Origin: a virus
Taxonomy: Duplodnaviria; Caudoviricetes
Direction: 5' to 3' (one strand)
Virus record (IMG/VR): IMGVR_UViG_3300005670_000014
Coordinates: 24,786 to 88,785 of that record
Length of the DNA stretch: 64,000 bases
Shown: in pieces, positions 1 through 7,760 of the stretch
Layout of the letters: every line of letters starts with the position of its first letter
Numbering within the stretch: the stretch's first letter is position 1
The notes under the pieces: model-generated
What the model was told of the DNA's origin: nothing
Databases searched by the model: none
What the model saw: only the letters and a program-made list of their open reading frames with translations
Program-made: the position numbers and the translations under genes

Positions 1-176
1 CCATCTCCATTTTGGTAAACAAAACCTTCCACGGTACATGGAGTGGGAAAAGGTCCTTGTTCTTCAATTTGGTTAATGGCCCATTCTTTAACACAGTTAT
101 AGCCGTGTCCGAGAATAATAACATCCTTAATTTTAGAACCGTTCGGTTTCCGAACGGAGATGTTTATCATATTCAT
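1..176 (-). CDS. hypothetical protein, runs off the left edge (MNMINISVRKPNGSKIKDVII...)
   Basis: Translated by hand: GAGGA RBS, ATG at 176, open to position 1; not in the ORF track. Confidence 0.5.
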   Translation of the reverse strand, partial: MNMINISVRKPNGSKIKDVIILGHGYNCVKEWAINQIEEQGPFPTPCTVEGFVYQNGD

Positions 177-177
177 G

Positions 178-348
178 TTAGTTCCTCTTCATGAAATAGT
201 CATCGCTGGAAATACGATGATCGCCTTCATCGTCAGTAATAATAATGGGTTGACCACAAGACCATCGTGCTAAATACATGGCAATGGTTAAGATTGTGCT
301 ATGAAATCGGCAGTGCATCCAAAAAGATTTTAAAGCGGATACCTTCAT
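178..348 (-). CDS. hypothetical 56-aa protein (MKVSALKSFW...DDYFMKRN)
   Basis: Translated by hand; GGAGAATT RBS; stop abuts the next start. Confidence 0.55.
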   Translation of the reverse strand: MKVSALKSFWMHCRFHSTILTIAMYLARWSCGQPIIITDDEGDHRISSDDYFMKRN

Positions 349-369
349 CGTGAATTCTCCAGTGGAATA

Positions 370-430
370 GTTGTACTGGAATATACAGATGTATCTTCCA
401 GTACAACCACTCTGTATTGAGTGGTTGTAC
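370..430 (-). promoter_or_regulatory. overlapping double-hairpin element, copy A
   Basis: Long stem 370-381/396-407 and 12-bp short stem 401-412/419-430 share an arm; just upstream of the RBS of the 178-348 gene. Confidence 0.65.
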
Positions 431-435
431 TTTTA

Positions 436-777
436 CTAGATGTTCATTAACATTCTAGCAATTTTTCGACCCACCTGCTCTACATTGTTAGCCTTCACTA
501 CGAACACATCTTGTCCATAAGCCGTCTTGAGTGACAGTCCGTTGGTAGATTGAAGCGCCACCAAATCTTCAATCAATGAATCTTCCATGCACACCAGCAT
601 CGGAATGTCCAGCATCCTTAACACATTCACCAGTTCACCTATGCCCGGTGTGGTTGCGGCAACTTCCATCTTTCCACCAATCGAAACCATGGTAAAGAAT
701 TTGGATGGATTGTGAAAGTTTCTTGCTTTGGGAAGTATCTTGGACGTTTCGTAGTCTTGGCGATTTTCAATCATCAT
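436..777 (-). CDS. hypothetical 113-aa protein
   Basis: ORF track 436..849, start trimmed to the ATG after GGAGAATTA. Confidence 0.7.
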   Translation of the reverse strand: MMIENRQDYETSKILPKARNFHNPSKFFTMVSIGGKMEVAATTPGIGELVNVLRMLDIPMLVCMEDSLIEDLVALQSTNGLSLKTAYGQDVFVVKANNVEQVGRKIARMLMNI

Positions 778-795
778 TAATTCTCCGATTAGTGG

Positions 796-867
796 GGGTA
801 TATCACACAATACAACAAATCTGCTTGCTGTATTGTGTGATATACCCACATCTTATGATGTGGGTAT
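796..867 (-). promoter_or_regulatory. overlapping double-hairpin element, copy B
   Basis: 19-bp perfect stem 796-814/829-847 and 11-bp stem 842-852/857-867 sharing ATACCC. Confidence 0.7.
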
Positions 868-872
868 TCAGT

Positions 873-1076
873 CTAGCGGTACTGTTGTGTTCGGTAATTC
901 TTCCAGCTTTTGACTTGGTATGAACTTCTGACCCAATCATCCCATGCATTGGGAAGGTTACGTGCGGATCTGGCAGCACGTAATTTGATATTGACATCAA
1001 ATTCTTTTGAGTCAATAATCAGACCTGTCCACAGTTTACGCTCTTGAGTCGTTTTGGGGTGACGGTAATAAGACAT
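873..1076 (-). CDS. small basic phage protein (LPNAWDD...SWK..R..QY)
   Basis: ORF track; AGGAG RBS; motif resembles a recurring phage hypothetical family (from memory). Confidence 0.7.
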   Translation of the reverse strand: MSYYRHPKTTQERKLWTGLIIDSKEFDVNIKLRAARSARNLPNAWDDWVRSSYQVKSWKNYRTQQYR

Positions 1077-1086
1077 GATTCACTCC

Positions 1087-1344
1087 TTAATGTTGTCCAG
1101 AATCTCGGACGCGCCAAGTGTAACCATCATCATCTACACCGACGCACTCCAACAACTGCAATGAACTCCCTAATTCTTCCAGTACAGTATTGAGTTTGTT
1201 CTTGATGGGTTCCATGTCATCCCAATACATGTGATCTGGTATAGCTTCTCCGTAAGCTATGACCGCATCTTCATTAATCTCGGATTCTAGCCAATCCATA
1301 ATTTCTTGATCGTGCAACTTGCCAGACCATTCGATCTTTAACAT
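1087..1344 (-). CDS. acidic hypothetical 85-aa protein
   Basis: ORF track; packed between minus-strand neighbours. Confidence 0.7.
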   Translation of the reverse strand: MLKIEWSGKLHDQEIMDWLESEINEDAVIAYGEAIPDHMYWDDMEPIKNKLNTVLEELGSSLQLLECVGVDDDGYTWRVRDSGQH

Positions 1345-1384
1345 GTTAGTTCTCCGTAAAGTGCCATCCTTGGCAATGGAATCA

Positions 1385-1594
1385 TTAGTTTACTTTAACA
1401 ACACAACCATCTTCAATGGTTGCAGTAGCATACCATTTATGAGGCTGTGGGTAGTGTGGTCCTTCCAATGCTACCTTACCATTCTTGGGAGTATTGCCAC
1501 CAAAAGGTCCGGGCTGGAAAATGGTCACGCGATCACCTTTGGCAATTGCTTCCTTCAAAGCTTTCTTTGTTTGAAAATTGGTGGAAGTATACAT
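1385..1594 (-). CDS. phage hypothetical protein (NFxTKKALKEA...QPGPFG...LEGPHYPQPHKWYA)
   Basis: ORF track trimmed to the ATG after GGAGAATTAAC; motif recalled from other phage genomes. Confidence 0.75.
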   Translation of the reverse strand: MYTSTNFQTKKALKEAIAKGDRVTIFQPGPFGGNTPKNGKVALEGPHYPQPHKWYATATIEDGCVVKVN

Positions 1595-1630
1595 GTTAAT
1601 TCTCCAAGTTGTTCGTGGGTTGCGCAAAAT

Positions 1631-1672
1631 TGGCGCAATCGCAGTGTATCACGCCAATGAAGATTTTGCAAT
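1631..1672 (-). promoter_or_regulatory. early promoter P1
   Basis: TTGCAA-18-TACACT with extended -10 TG and downstream GCGCCA. Confidence 0.55.
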
Positions 1673-1675
1673 GAA

Positions 1676-1849
1676 TTATACTAAAAACACAGTCAAAATC
1701 TTGAATGTGTTTAAAGTAAAATCTTGGCTGAGTAAATTCTCCACAGCCAATCTTGCCATTTCAGCGCATGTTGCGCCAAATCGAAAAGAACTTTTACGAA
1801 TACTGTTCTTACGAGTCACAGCAATGTACGTAATTCTGAATTCGTTCAT
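1676..1849 (-). CDS. hypothetical 57-aa protein (MNEFRITYIAV...)
   Basis: ORF track 1676..1969 trimmed to the ATG after GGAGAATTAGTC; promoter P2 lies in the trimmed part. Confidence 0.55.
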   Translation of the reverse strand: MNEFRITYIAVTRKNSIRKSSFRFGATCAEMARLAVENLLSQDFTLNTFKILTVFLV

Positions 1850-1886
1850 GACTAATTCTCCAAGTTTTCCAGTGCTTACACCATGC

Positions 1887-1927
1887 TGGCGCATGGCAAT
1901 TTTAACACGGCATTTAAGAGTTTGCAA
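1887..1927 (-). promoter_or_regulatory. early promoter P2
   Basis: TTGCAA-actctt...-17-TAAAAT, TG extension, GCGCCAG 6 nt downstream. Confidence 0.65.
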
Positions 1928-2091
1928 ATAATACTTGACAACTAACTTTAGTTTCTGTATAGTGAACACACTCCGTAGTAAGAGAAAAGAGTGCTAAAGA
2001 TTTTATATCAGGTTGCTTTGTTTGATGTTCGGTTCTGCACTCCGATTACTACCTTCAAACAAAACAACCTTTTTATTTGGAGATTTTTAAA

Positions 2092-2973
2092 ATGATTACG
2101 TTAAAACGTCGAGAAATAAAGCCCGTTTTAGTTTCCAATCAAGACGGTAAATTGAAAACGGATTCTTTAATTGTGGCGCGAGTGTTTGAAAAAGAGCATT
2201 TTAATCTGATGCGTGATATTAGAAACATTACAGAATCAGATACGTATCTGAAGCGAATTAAAAATGGTACACAACCCAATTTTGAATTGTGCTTTAGAAT
2301 CAATGAATTAGCCAATGGTAAAAGAGTTCCTTACTACGAAATGGATCGTCAAGGTTTTGAAATTCTGGCAATGGGCTTTACGGGTGAAAAAGCACTAGAA
2401 TGGAAATTTAAATATTCTGATGCATTTGCTGCAATGGAAGAATTGTTGAAAAAGGAGCGTATTGTTGTTCAAGATAATCCGTTCAATTTGGAAGAGTTAG
2501 GTTTGGGATTGTTGCAAGTTGGATCTGAGCAACGACAAACAGCTAAACAGGTGCGTTGTCGTTGGGTGAACATCTTGCAAAATTCCATTGGTTGTGGAAA
2601 CATCTGGGTTTGTCGTTTGACTAATGAAATCTACCAAAGTTTGTTGAATTGTCCGCAAGCAAACGCCAGAAATTTTCGTCAGCACATGAATCTTCCATTG
2701 ATCTCTGCCATATTTTTGACGCGGGATCAATTAGAGGGCCACATACAGTCTTTCGTTACCGACATTGAATTGAGTGCAATCAGATTGTATTCTTTAAATC
2801 GTGAAGTCACCTTTGGCGAAATTCGGGAATTTATGTTGGGACAAGCTAAGATGTACCATAAGCAGTTGGTACGAATTGCACAGCAACCACCTTCAGCATT
2901 AGTGTTTGATCATGAATACAATGTGGTGCCAATTCTTCCATACCGTGGAAGAAGGATGCAACAAACAGAGTAA
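2092..2973 (+). CDS. rha: Rha-family phage regulatory protein with C-terminal helical extension
   Basis: TDSLIVARVFEKEHFNLMRDIRN and YEMDRQGFEILAMGFTGEKALEWKFKYSDAFAAME are typical Rha motifs; GGAG RBS before ATG 2092. Confidence 0.88.
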   Translation: MITLKRREIKPVLVSNQDGKLKTDSLIVARVFEKEHFNLMRDIRNITESDTYLKRIKNGTQPNFELCFRINELANGKRVPYYEMDRQGFEILAMGFTGEKALEWKFKYSDAFAAMEELLKKERIVVQDNPFNLEELGLGLLQVGSEQRQTAKQVRCRWVNILQNSIGCGNIWVCRLTNEIYQSLLNCPQANARNFRQHMNLPLISAIFLTRDQLEGHIQSFVTDIELSAIRLYSLNREVTFGEIREFMLGQAKMYHKQLVRIAQQPPSALVFDHEYNVVPILPYRGRRMQQTE

Positions 2974-3082
2974 TACACTCCACTCTGCCAATACGCCGGG
3001 GTGATGTAAATTTTCATCTTAATCATTGCAATTCATCAGATTTTACAGATAAAGTCTTAACGCCACTTCTCAATCTCGCCCC

Positions 3083-3105
3083 AAAAATCCCGCCCGAAGG
3101 CGGGA
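3083..3105 (-). terminator. intrinsic terminator
   Basis: On the minus strand TCCCGCC-TTCG-GGCGGGA followed by TTTTT. Confidence 0.8.
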
Positions 3106-3120
3106 GTGGAAGATCATAGT

Positions 3121-3240
3121 TTAAACTGCGTGATAATCTCCGGTGAACGAATTGGGCGGGTTAATGATTTCTACAATAATCATCGACCCGATCAGATAGT
3201 ACGTGTAACCCGGATATTGAAACGTAGTAAAAGGCAGCAT
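3121..3240 (-). CDS. 39-aa mini-protein (MLPFTTFQYPGYTYYLIGSMIIVEIINP...)
   Basis: Translated by hand; GGAGAATT RBS; ends just before the terminator; similar to its upstream neighbour. Confidence 0.55.
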   Translation of the reverse strand: MLPFTTFQYPGYTYYLIGSMIIVEIINPPNSFTGDYHAV

Positions 3241-3251
3241 ACAATTCTCCG

Positions 3252-3395
3252 TCACAATAAGTTCAGTTCTAAATCCCACAATGGGAAGGTGAAAACCTTG
3301 TACTCATTGACGGGTTGATGAATCTGCATGACGCAATGTTCAGCCAGCAGATAAAATGTTACGTCATCACCTGGCAAAGCGGCAAATGGTAGCAT
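3252..3395 (-). CDS. 47-aa mini-protein (MLPFAALPGDDVTFYLLAEHCVMQIHQP...)
   Basis: Translated by hand; GGAG RBS; ungapped similarity to 3121-3240. Confidence 0.55.
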   Translation of the reverse strand: MLPFAALPGDDVTFYLLAEHCVMQIHQPVNEYKVFTFPLWDLELNLL

Positions 3396-3406
3396 GTAAG
3401 TCTCCA

Positions 3407-3712
3407 TTATGGTTGGAAACCAAATTCAGAATCATCGGGGTCGTCATAGCCCCCTTGTTCCGGGCATTCTTCATCGTGCGTATCGGGGTCACAAACACCA
3501 CCACAATCTGCGCACACCCACACGCTGTTCTCTTTGGACGTGGCAAATCGGTCATAACGACCTTTTGTTTCCAGCGGGTAATCTTCCGTGAGTGCCTTTT
3601 GTATGGTTTCGTGGTATGCCGTAGCACACCCAGTTTCTTCATCACATGGGAAAAATCCATCTTCCGACCGATAATCTTCCCAACCGGGGCAACCCGTATT
3701 GAACATGCACAT
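3407..3712 (-). CDS. acidic Cys-rich 101-aa protein (CxxCxxxC)
   Basis: ORF track trimmed to the ATG after GAGGAGAATT; about 25 D/E versus 6 K/R. Confidence 0.7.
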   Translation of the reverse strand: MCMFNTGCPGWEDYRSEDGFFPCDEETGCATAYHETIQKALTEDYPLETKGRYDRFATSKENSVWVCADCGGVCDPDTHDEECPEQGGYDDPDDSEFGFQP

Positions 3713-3725
3713 GGTAATTCTCCTC

Positions 3726-3947
3726 TTACGCGGAATAGCGATTAATGATCTGACGATCCACGATGTAATCAAACCCTTGCCGATCTACATCGGCCAGCGT
3801 GAATAATGGACGACTCTCTTCATCCAGCACCACAATGGACACTAGATTTTCACGATGGTCTTGTGCCAACAATTCGTTAGCCCATTCTACCAACGCATCA
3901 AATGACGAATCGTTCTTCCATTGTGCAAATGACATGGCGCGAAGCAT
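3726..3947 (-). CDS. hypothetical 73-aa protein
   Basis: ORF track trimmed to the ATG after GGAGAAATT. Confidence 0.65.
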   Translation of the reverse strand: MLRAMSFAQWKNDSSFDALVEWANELLAQDHRENLVSIVVLDEESRPLFTLADVDRQGFDYIVDRQIINRYSA

Positions 3948-3985
3948 ACTTAATTTCTCCGTAGTGTTGGGGTGTTTACGCTTAC

Positions 3986-4026
3986 TGGCGTAAGCGCAGT
4001 TTAGCACGGTTTAAAAGAGTTTGCAA
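3986..4026 (-). promoter_or_regulatory. early promoter P3
   Basis: TTGCAA-actctt...-17-TAAACT with TG extension. Confidence 0.65.
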
Positions 4027-4332
4027 CTATGGAACGATCTTGGGTGTACGAAGTACCACAAATTCTTCCAATGTCGCACCGAGTTCTTCCATTTTGTCGG
4101 CAGTGATCTCCATACCCCGTAAATCTGCTGGAATGTTTAATACCAGATGGAAGTAACGTCCTTGTCGATCCCAAATTTCGGCAGCGAGATGGATGGGTAG
4201 TGTTCCCAACACCACGTCACCTTTTTCGACAGTCTTCACATCGAAATGCTCAACAATCTGAGCATCAAAGCCTTTACGCGCTGCCCAATCTTTGGCACCT
4301 TGATGCCGGGTCACAAAATAAGTCTTAGCCAT
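4027..4332 (-). CDS. csx16: Csx16 (VVA1548)-family protein, putative cyclic oligoadenylate ring nuclease
   Basis: 101 aa with FVTRHQGAKDWA, VEHFD, GDVVLGTLPIHLAAE, YFHLVLNIPADLRGMEITADKMEELGATLEEF, matching the Csx16 pattern as I recall it. Confidence 0.82.
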   Translation of the reverse strand: MAKTYFVTRHQGAKDWAARKGFDAQIVEHFDVKTVEKGDVVLGTLPIHLAAEIWDRQGRYFHLVLNIPADLRGMEITADKMEELGATLEEFVVLRTPKIVP

Positions 4333-4472
4333 GTTAGCGATCTCGTCTAAAAGTAGTGGACAAAATATAAAGAATCATGCCGAAAATAACGGCAAGCATA
4401 ATGATCTCACTCATCAAACACCTCCATTAATTCGTGGATAAAAGCCATCCTTGGCTCAAGAATGCTGTTTAG

Positions 4473-5123
4473 CTAGTTTTTGAATTGCCGCCAGCACTCT
4501 CTAACATGGTCTACAACATTCATCGGATTATGACCTCCGATCTTGTTGCGTGGATGTTCTTCATCAATCCATGGGGAGTCGTTATACTCTAGCCAGTGCC
4601 AAAATTGGTTTTGGACTCTGGCTACAGCTTCTTTACCACCCAAGTCGCCTTCACACGCGACTAGCCATTCACGTCTGACGTATACGGGATGCGTCGGCAG
4701 TATAAATTCTGCTGATGTAGCGGGGATGCTACCTTCGGGCCGCTTGACATCTACCCACCACGCATACGGTGCGTGTTGGTAATTCTTCAATTCACTATCT
4801 AACACTGGAAAATCTTCCAGTGCTGATGCACCCAAGCACAAGTAGCCGTAGTAATCTCCATCCTCAACGAGTTCGTCATCATCCGTGGGAAACGGAATCT
4901 CGGCAATGAACACAGTGATCTCCACCGGACCCAATCTGTGTTCCGGGTCAATGGTATCCCACAGCGGGATGGGTGTCTTAACCTTCCATAGTTGGCCCAC
5001 ATTTGCATCTTTCGGCTGTACATGTGCAAAGTCTGCCCGTGCTTTGGTGGTGCGGGCGATGGCGTCTTTCACGAACGCTGGAACTTCTACCACTTGAGCA
5101 GTGGCCTTTTGAAACTCGGACAT
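4473..5123 (-). CDS. hypothetical 216-aa protein
   Basis: ORF track; GGAG RBS; preceded by double-hairpin copy C. Confidence 0.75.
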   Translation of the reverse strand: MSEFQKATAQVVEVPAFVKDAIARTTKARADFAHVQPKDANVGQLWKVKTPIPLWDTIDPEHRLGPVEITVFIAEIPFPTDDDELVEDGDYYGYLCLGASALEDFPVLDSELKNYQHAPYAWWVDVKRPEGSIPATSAEFILPTHPVYVRREWLVACEGDLGGKEAVARVQNQFWHWLEYNDSPWIDEEHPRNKIGGHNPMNVVDHVRECWRQFKN

Positions 5124-5154
5124 GGAGTATCTCCGGGTGGATGAAACAACAAAT

Positions 5155-5220
5155 GGGTTTTAATGCAAGCATACCTTGTGACGACATGCTTGCATTAAAA
5201 CCCACTCTTGCGAGTGGGTT
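5155..5220 (-). promoter_or_regulatory. overlapping double-hairpin element, copy C
   Basis: 18-bp stem 5155-5172/5186-5203 and 9-bp stem 5199-5207/5212-5220 with GCAA loop on the minus strand. Confidence 0.7.
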
Positions 5221-5227
5221 ATGGGGA

Positions 5228-6103
5228 TTACGCCGCCTTGGCCGCCTTGGCCGCTTTGCCCGACTTGCCAGTCTTGACAACTGGGGGCTTGATGACCTTA
5301 ACGGTAGCATCCGGCTTGGCAGTCTCGGGCTTGGTCTCTGCCGCTTTAGCCAAAGTAGCGGCCTTTTGCGCCTGGACTTTCTTCATCGCCGCTTGTGCAG
5401 CCGTGGCGAAGTCTTTAGCACCCGACAATCGCTTGGCAACGGTCAAGCCACCTTCCGCTAGCAAGTTAGCAAATTTCTTTTGCGACTCAATGGCTTGCAG
5501 CACCTCATCGGTGGGCAACAATTCTTGATTTTCATGGAAGCAGCGAATCTCGGATGCACTCCCATCCATAGCGTAGTCTTCCATGCAGCCGTAATCTAGT
5601 GTGGTATACGCTGATGGAATCTTAGTAATGGGCGCACCCACCTTTACTGAACGGGAAGTACCTACCCACAACGATTGGGTAGCGGCCATTCTCCAGCTTT
5701 GCGCCCACGCAATGAACTCTTGTGGCCTACCCGTCTTGGCAGCATCCTTACTCTTGTGCCGATCCACCTTTGACTTGCTGTTGGCGTTAAACGCCAATAC
5801 AAATCTGGGTGCTGTTCCGCAAGCATAGCCTACGCTCACGGGATCGGCAATCGTTTGGTATTCTTTGGGGATGAATTCCCCTTTTTGGAAAGTTTCCCAG
5901 TTCTCCAGCATCCATGCGATTGTGGGGAAATTCCCTGCGTTGCACAAAAGGTGTGCGAACATATTCGCTTCCATGCTCTTATTACTCACCGCCAAACCTG
6001 CGGTTGCCGTAGCACACCGTTTCAATTCTAGCCCGGTGATCTGTTTGATCAGTACCAAAGCCTCTTCGCGTTGTTGCTTCACTAAACTGTTATCTTTAGC
6101 CAT
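5228..6103 (-). CDS. hypothetical 291-aa protein with Lys/Ala-rich basic C-terminal tail
   Basis: ORF track trimmed to the ATG after GGAGAATATAGC; ends ...KTGKSGKAAKAAKAA. Confidence 0.8.
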   Translation of the reverse strand: MAKDNSLVKQQREEALVLIKQITGLELKRCATATAGLAVSNKSMEANMFAHLLCNAGNFPTIAWMLENWETFQKGEFIPKEYQTIADPVSVGYACGTAPRFVLAFNANSKSKVDRHKSKDAAKTGRPQEFIAWAQSWRMAATQSLWVGTSRSVKVGAPITKIPSAYTTLDYGCMEDYAMDGSASEIRCFHENQELLPTDEVLQAIESQKKFANLLAEGGLTVAKRLSGAKDFATAAQAAMKKVQAQKAATLAKAAETKPETAKPDATVKVIKPPVVKTGKSGKAAKAAKAA

Positions 6104-6171
6104 GCTATATTCTCCGCAGCGCATTAAAGCGCATTTAAAAGTCTCAAAAAAAGCGCCATGCATTGCCATGC

Positions 6172-6212
6172 TGGCGCAAATGGATTTTAGCACACTCGAA
6201 AAGAATGTGCAA
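6172..6212 (-). promoter_or_regulatory. early promoter P4
   Basis: TTGCAC-attctt...-17-TAAAAT, TG extension, GCGCCAG 6 nt downstream. Confidence 0.65.
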
Positions 6213-6221
6213 CGGTTAATT

Positions 6222-6389
6222 TTAAAATTCTGGCAATGCAATTACATCCAGCACTTCATCTGCCCATGTAGCTGCTTTCAGCACCTGATGCTTAGCATCC
6301 GCCTCATTAACAGCCATCAGACACAAATTGATTTCCGTTCCATGGAAATCATCTTCAATAACATACACCACCACGATGAATTCTTTCAT
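6222..6389 (-). CDS. 55-aa acidic protein (MKEFIVVVYVIEDDFHG...)
   Basis: Translated by hand; GGAGAATA RBS; directly after promoter P5. Confidence 0.6.
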   Translation of the reverse strand: MKEFIVVVYVIEDDFHGTEINLCLMAVNEADAKHQVLKAATWADEVLDVIALPEF

Positions 6390-6426
6390 GACGTATTCTC
6401 CGTAAATGCGCTAGTCCACTATGTGC

Positions 6427-6467
6427 TGGCGCGTTTGCAGCATAACATGCTGCGGAAGAGTTTGCAA
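6427..6467 (-). promoter_or_regulatory. early promoter P5
   Basis: TTGCAA-actctt...-17-TATGCT, TG extension, GCGCCAG 6 nt downstream. Confidence 0.65.
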
Positions 6468-6475
6468 CTATTTCG

Positions 6476-6685
6476 TTAAGAGTGTTGCAAACTATTTGCA
6501 GAACTAAATGCACGATCTCCGTGCTTATCCCAACATGATGGGTAAATCACCTGTTGTTTCCGGCTCTCATAAAAGCCGGAACCATCCAAAAAGAGCGTCA
6601 ACATTACATCGGGTGCTAAGATGATGTTGATGCCAGTATCTTTGTATCCAAATGATGCGAATTTCTCCGCCATTGAACCGTTCAT
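6476..6685 (-). CDS. hypothetical 69-aa protein
   Basis: ORF track; AGGAG RBS; overlaps the upstream stop. Confidence 0.6.
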   Translation of the reverse strand: MNGSMAEKFASFGYKDTGINIILAPDVMLTLFLDGSGFYESRKQQVIYPSCWDKHGDRAFSSANSLQHS

Positions 6686-6870
6686 GTTAACTCCTTATAA
6701 ATCACATCGTCCAAATATCTGGACGCTTGGGTGTAAGTGACTTTAAATTCTTTAGCAAAGTCACACAAAAAGGCGTGGGTTGCAGCGGGGGACGTCTTGC
6801 CACGCAAGATGAAATCCATCACACGCTCTTTGCATTTCAAATCCAATGCGCTCATCTGACTCATTTCCAA
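6682..6870 (-). CDS. hypothetical 62-aa protein
   Basis: ORF track; coupled to its neighbours. Confidence 0.6.
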   Translation of the reverse strand: MEMSQMSALDLKCKERVMDFILRGKTSPAATHAFLCDFAKEFKVTYTQASRYLDDVIYKELT

Positions 6871-7172
6871 TCCTCCATCTCTGCTAGTTCATCGTAGTAC
6901 AACTCTGTTTCCTCGTCATAGTCATCATCTGACCATTTCTGGGCAGTAGTTTGGAATGATGAAAAATTAGCCAAGTTGCTCAAGTAGAACATTTTGAACA
7001 TCTTGGTTTTGCCGGTAACATCATCCCAATCCAGCAAGTTTTCTTCGTACACATACGATCCATCCTTGAGTTTATGGATGACATCCGATTCTTCCATGGG
7101 TTCGAATCTGGATTCGACAACATTTTGTAAATCTAACTGCTGATTTTCTACAACCATGTGGGCTAACGACAT
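6861..7172 (-). CDS. acidic 103-aa protein (C-terminus WSDDDYDEETELYYDELAEMEDWK)
   Basis: ORF track trimmed to the ATG after GGAGATATT; preceded by double-hairpin copy D. Confidence 0.7.
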   Translation of the reverse strand: MSLAHMVVENQQLDLQNVVESRFEPMEESDVIHKLKDGSYVYEENLLDWDDVTGKTKMFKMFYLSNLANFSSFQTTAQKWSDDDYDEETELYYDELAEMEDWK

Positions 7173-7194
7173 GACAATATCTCCAGTTGTGGAT

Positions 7195-7252
7195 GGGTAC
7201 ATCGGTATATACATTTGCATATACCGATGTACCCACTCTTGCGAGTGGGTAC
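7195..7252 (-). promoter_or_regulatory. overlapping double-hairpin element, copy D
   Basis: 16-bp stem 7195-7210/7219-7234 and 10-bp stem 7229-7238/7243-7252 with GCAA loop. Confidence 0.75.
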
Positions 7253-7260
7253 TAAAACTC

Positions 7261-7497
7261 TTACACGGCCATATCCAATCGGAAAACCATCTTCCGATAG
7301 CTTTCCAACTTCTGCCGCTTGGGCTGCAAGTAGTCTTTACGATCACGGTTGCGCGATCCCATCTTGGAACCATCGCGCACTTCCTTAGCGCAATTCTCCA
7401 ACAGCCGTGCCAACCACATGGCATCTCCAGTTTGCCATGCGTGATACAGCGGCAAATCTTTGGATTTCGTTTGTGGACTACGGAAAGTTCTGCTCAT
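7261..7497 (-). CDS. basic hypothetical 78-aa protein
   Basis: ORF track trimmed to the ATG next to the upstream stop. Confidence 0.6.
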   Translation of the reverse strand: MSRTFRSPQTKSKDLPLYHAWQTGDAMWLARLLENCAKEVRDGSKMGSRNRDRKDYLQPKRQKLESYRKMVFRLDMAV

Positions 7498-7498
7498 T

Positions 7499-7738
7499 TC
7501 ACACCTCCCAAGCTGACCAATCAAAGTCGGCAGATTTCACAATCCAGTTGCCATCTTTAAAAATGGCGCTTTTCGCTTCCAAACCTTTGCCGCATTTCTC
7601 CACGGCGGCAACTGCATAGTCCATGACTTCTTGAGCCGTAGCATCCTTACCAACCCGTCCGTAGTAGACGGGGTTGGACTCTCCCCATTGGACAAGCACT
7701 TGCCCTTTGGGGTTGGGCAGTTTAAATTCTTTCAGCAT
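7499..7738 (-). CDS. hypothetical 79-aa protein
   Basis: ORF track trimmed to the ATG after GAGGA; preceded by double-hairpin copy E. Confidence 0.7.
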   Translation of the reverse strand: MLKEFKLPNPKGQVLVQWGESNPVYYGRVGKDATAQEVMDYAVAAVEKCGKGLEAKSAIFKDGNWIVKSADFDWSAWEV

Positions 7739-7760
7739 GGCATTTTCCTCTTTTATGGAT

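Noticed and set aside
4334-4414. Possible membrane-anchor extension of Csx16
   Set aside because: The upstream ATG is in a different frame and stops one base before the csx16 start; at most a separate 26-aa ORF
7098-7116. GGTTCGAATC, resembling a tRNA T-loop
   Set aside because: It lies inside the 6861-7172 coding sequence and no cloverleaf can be built
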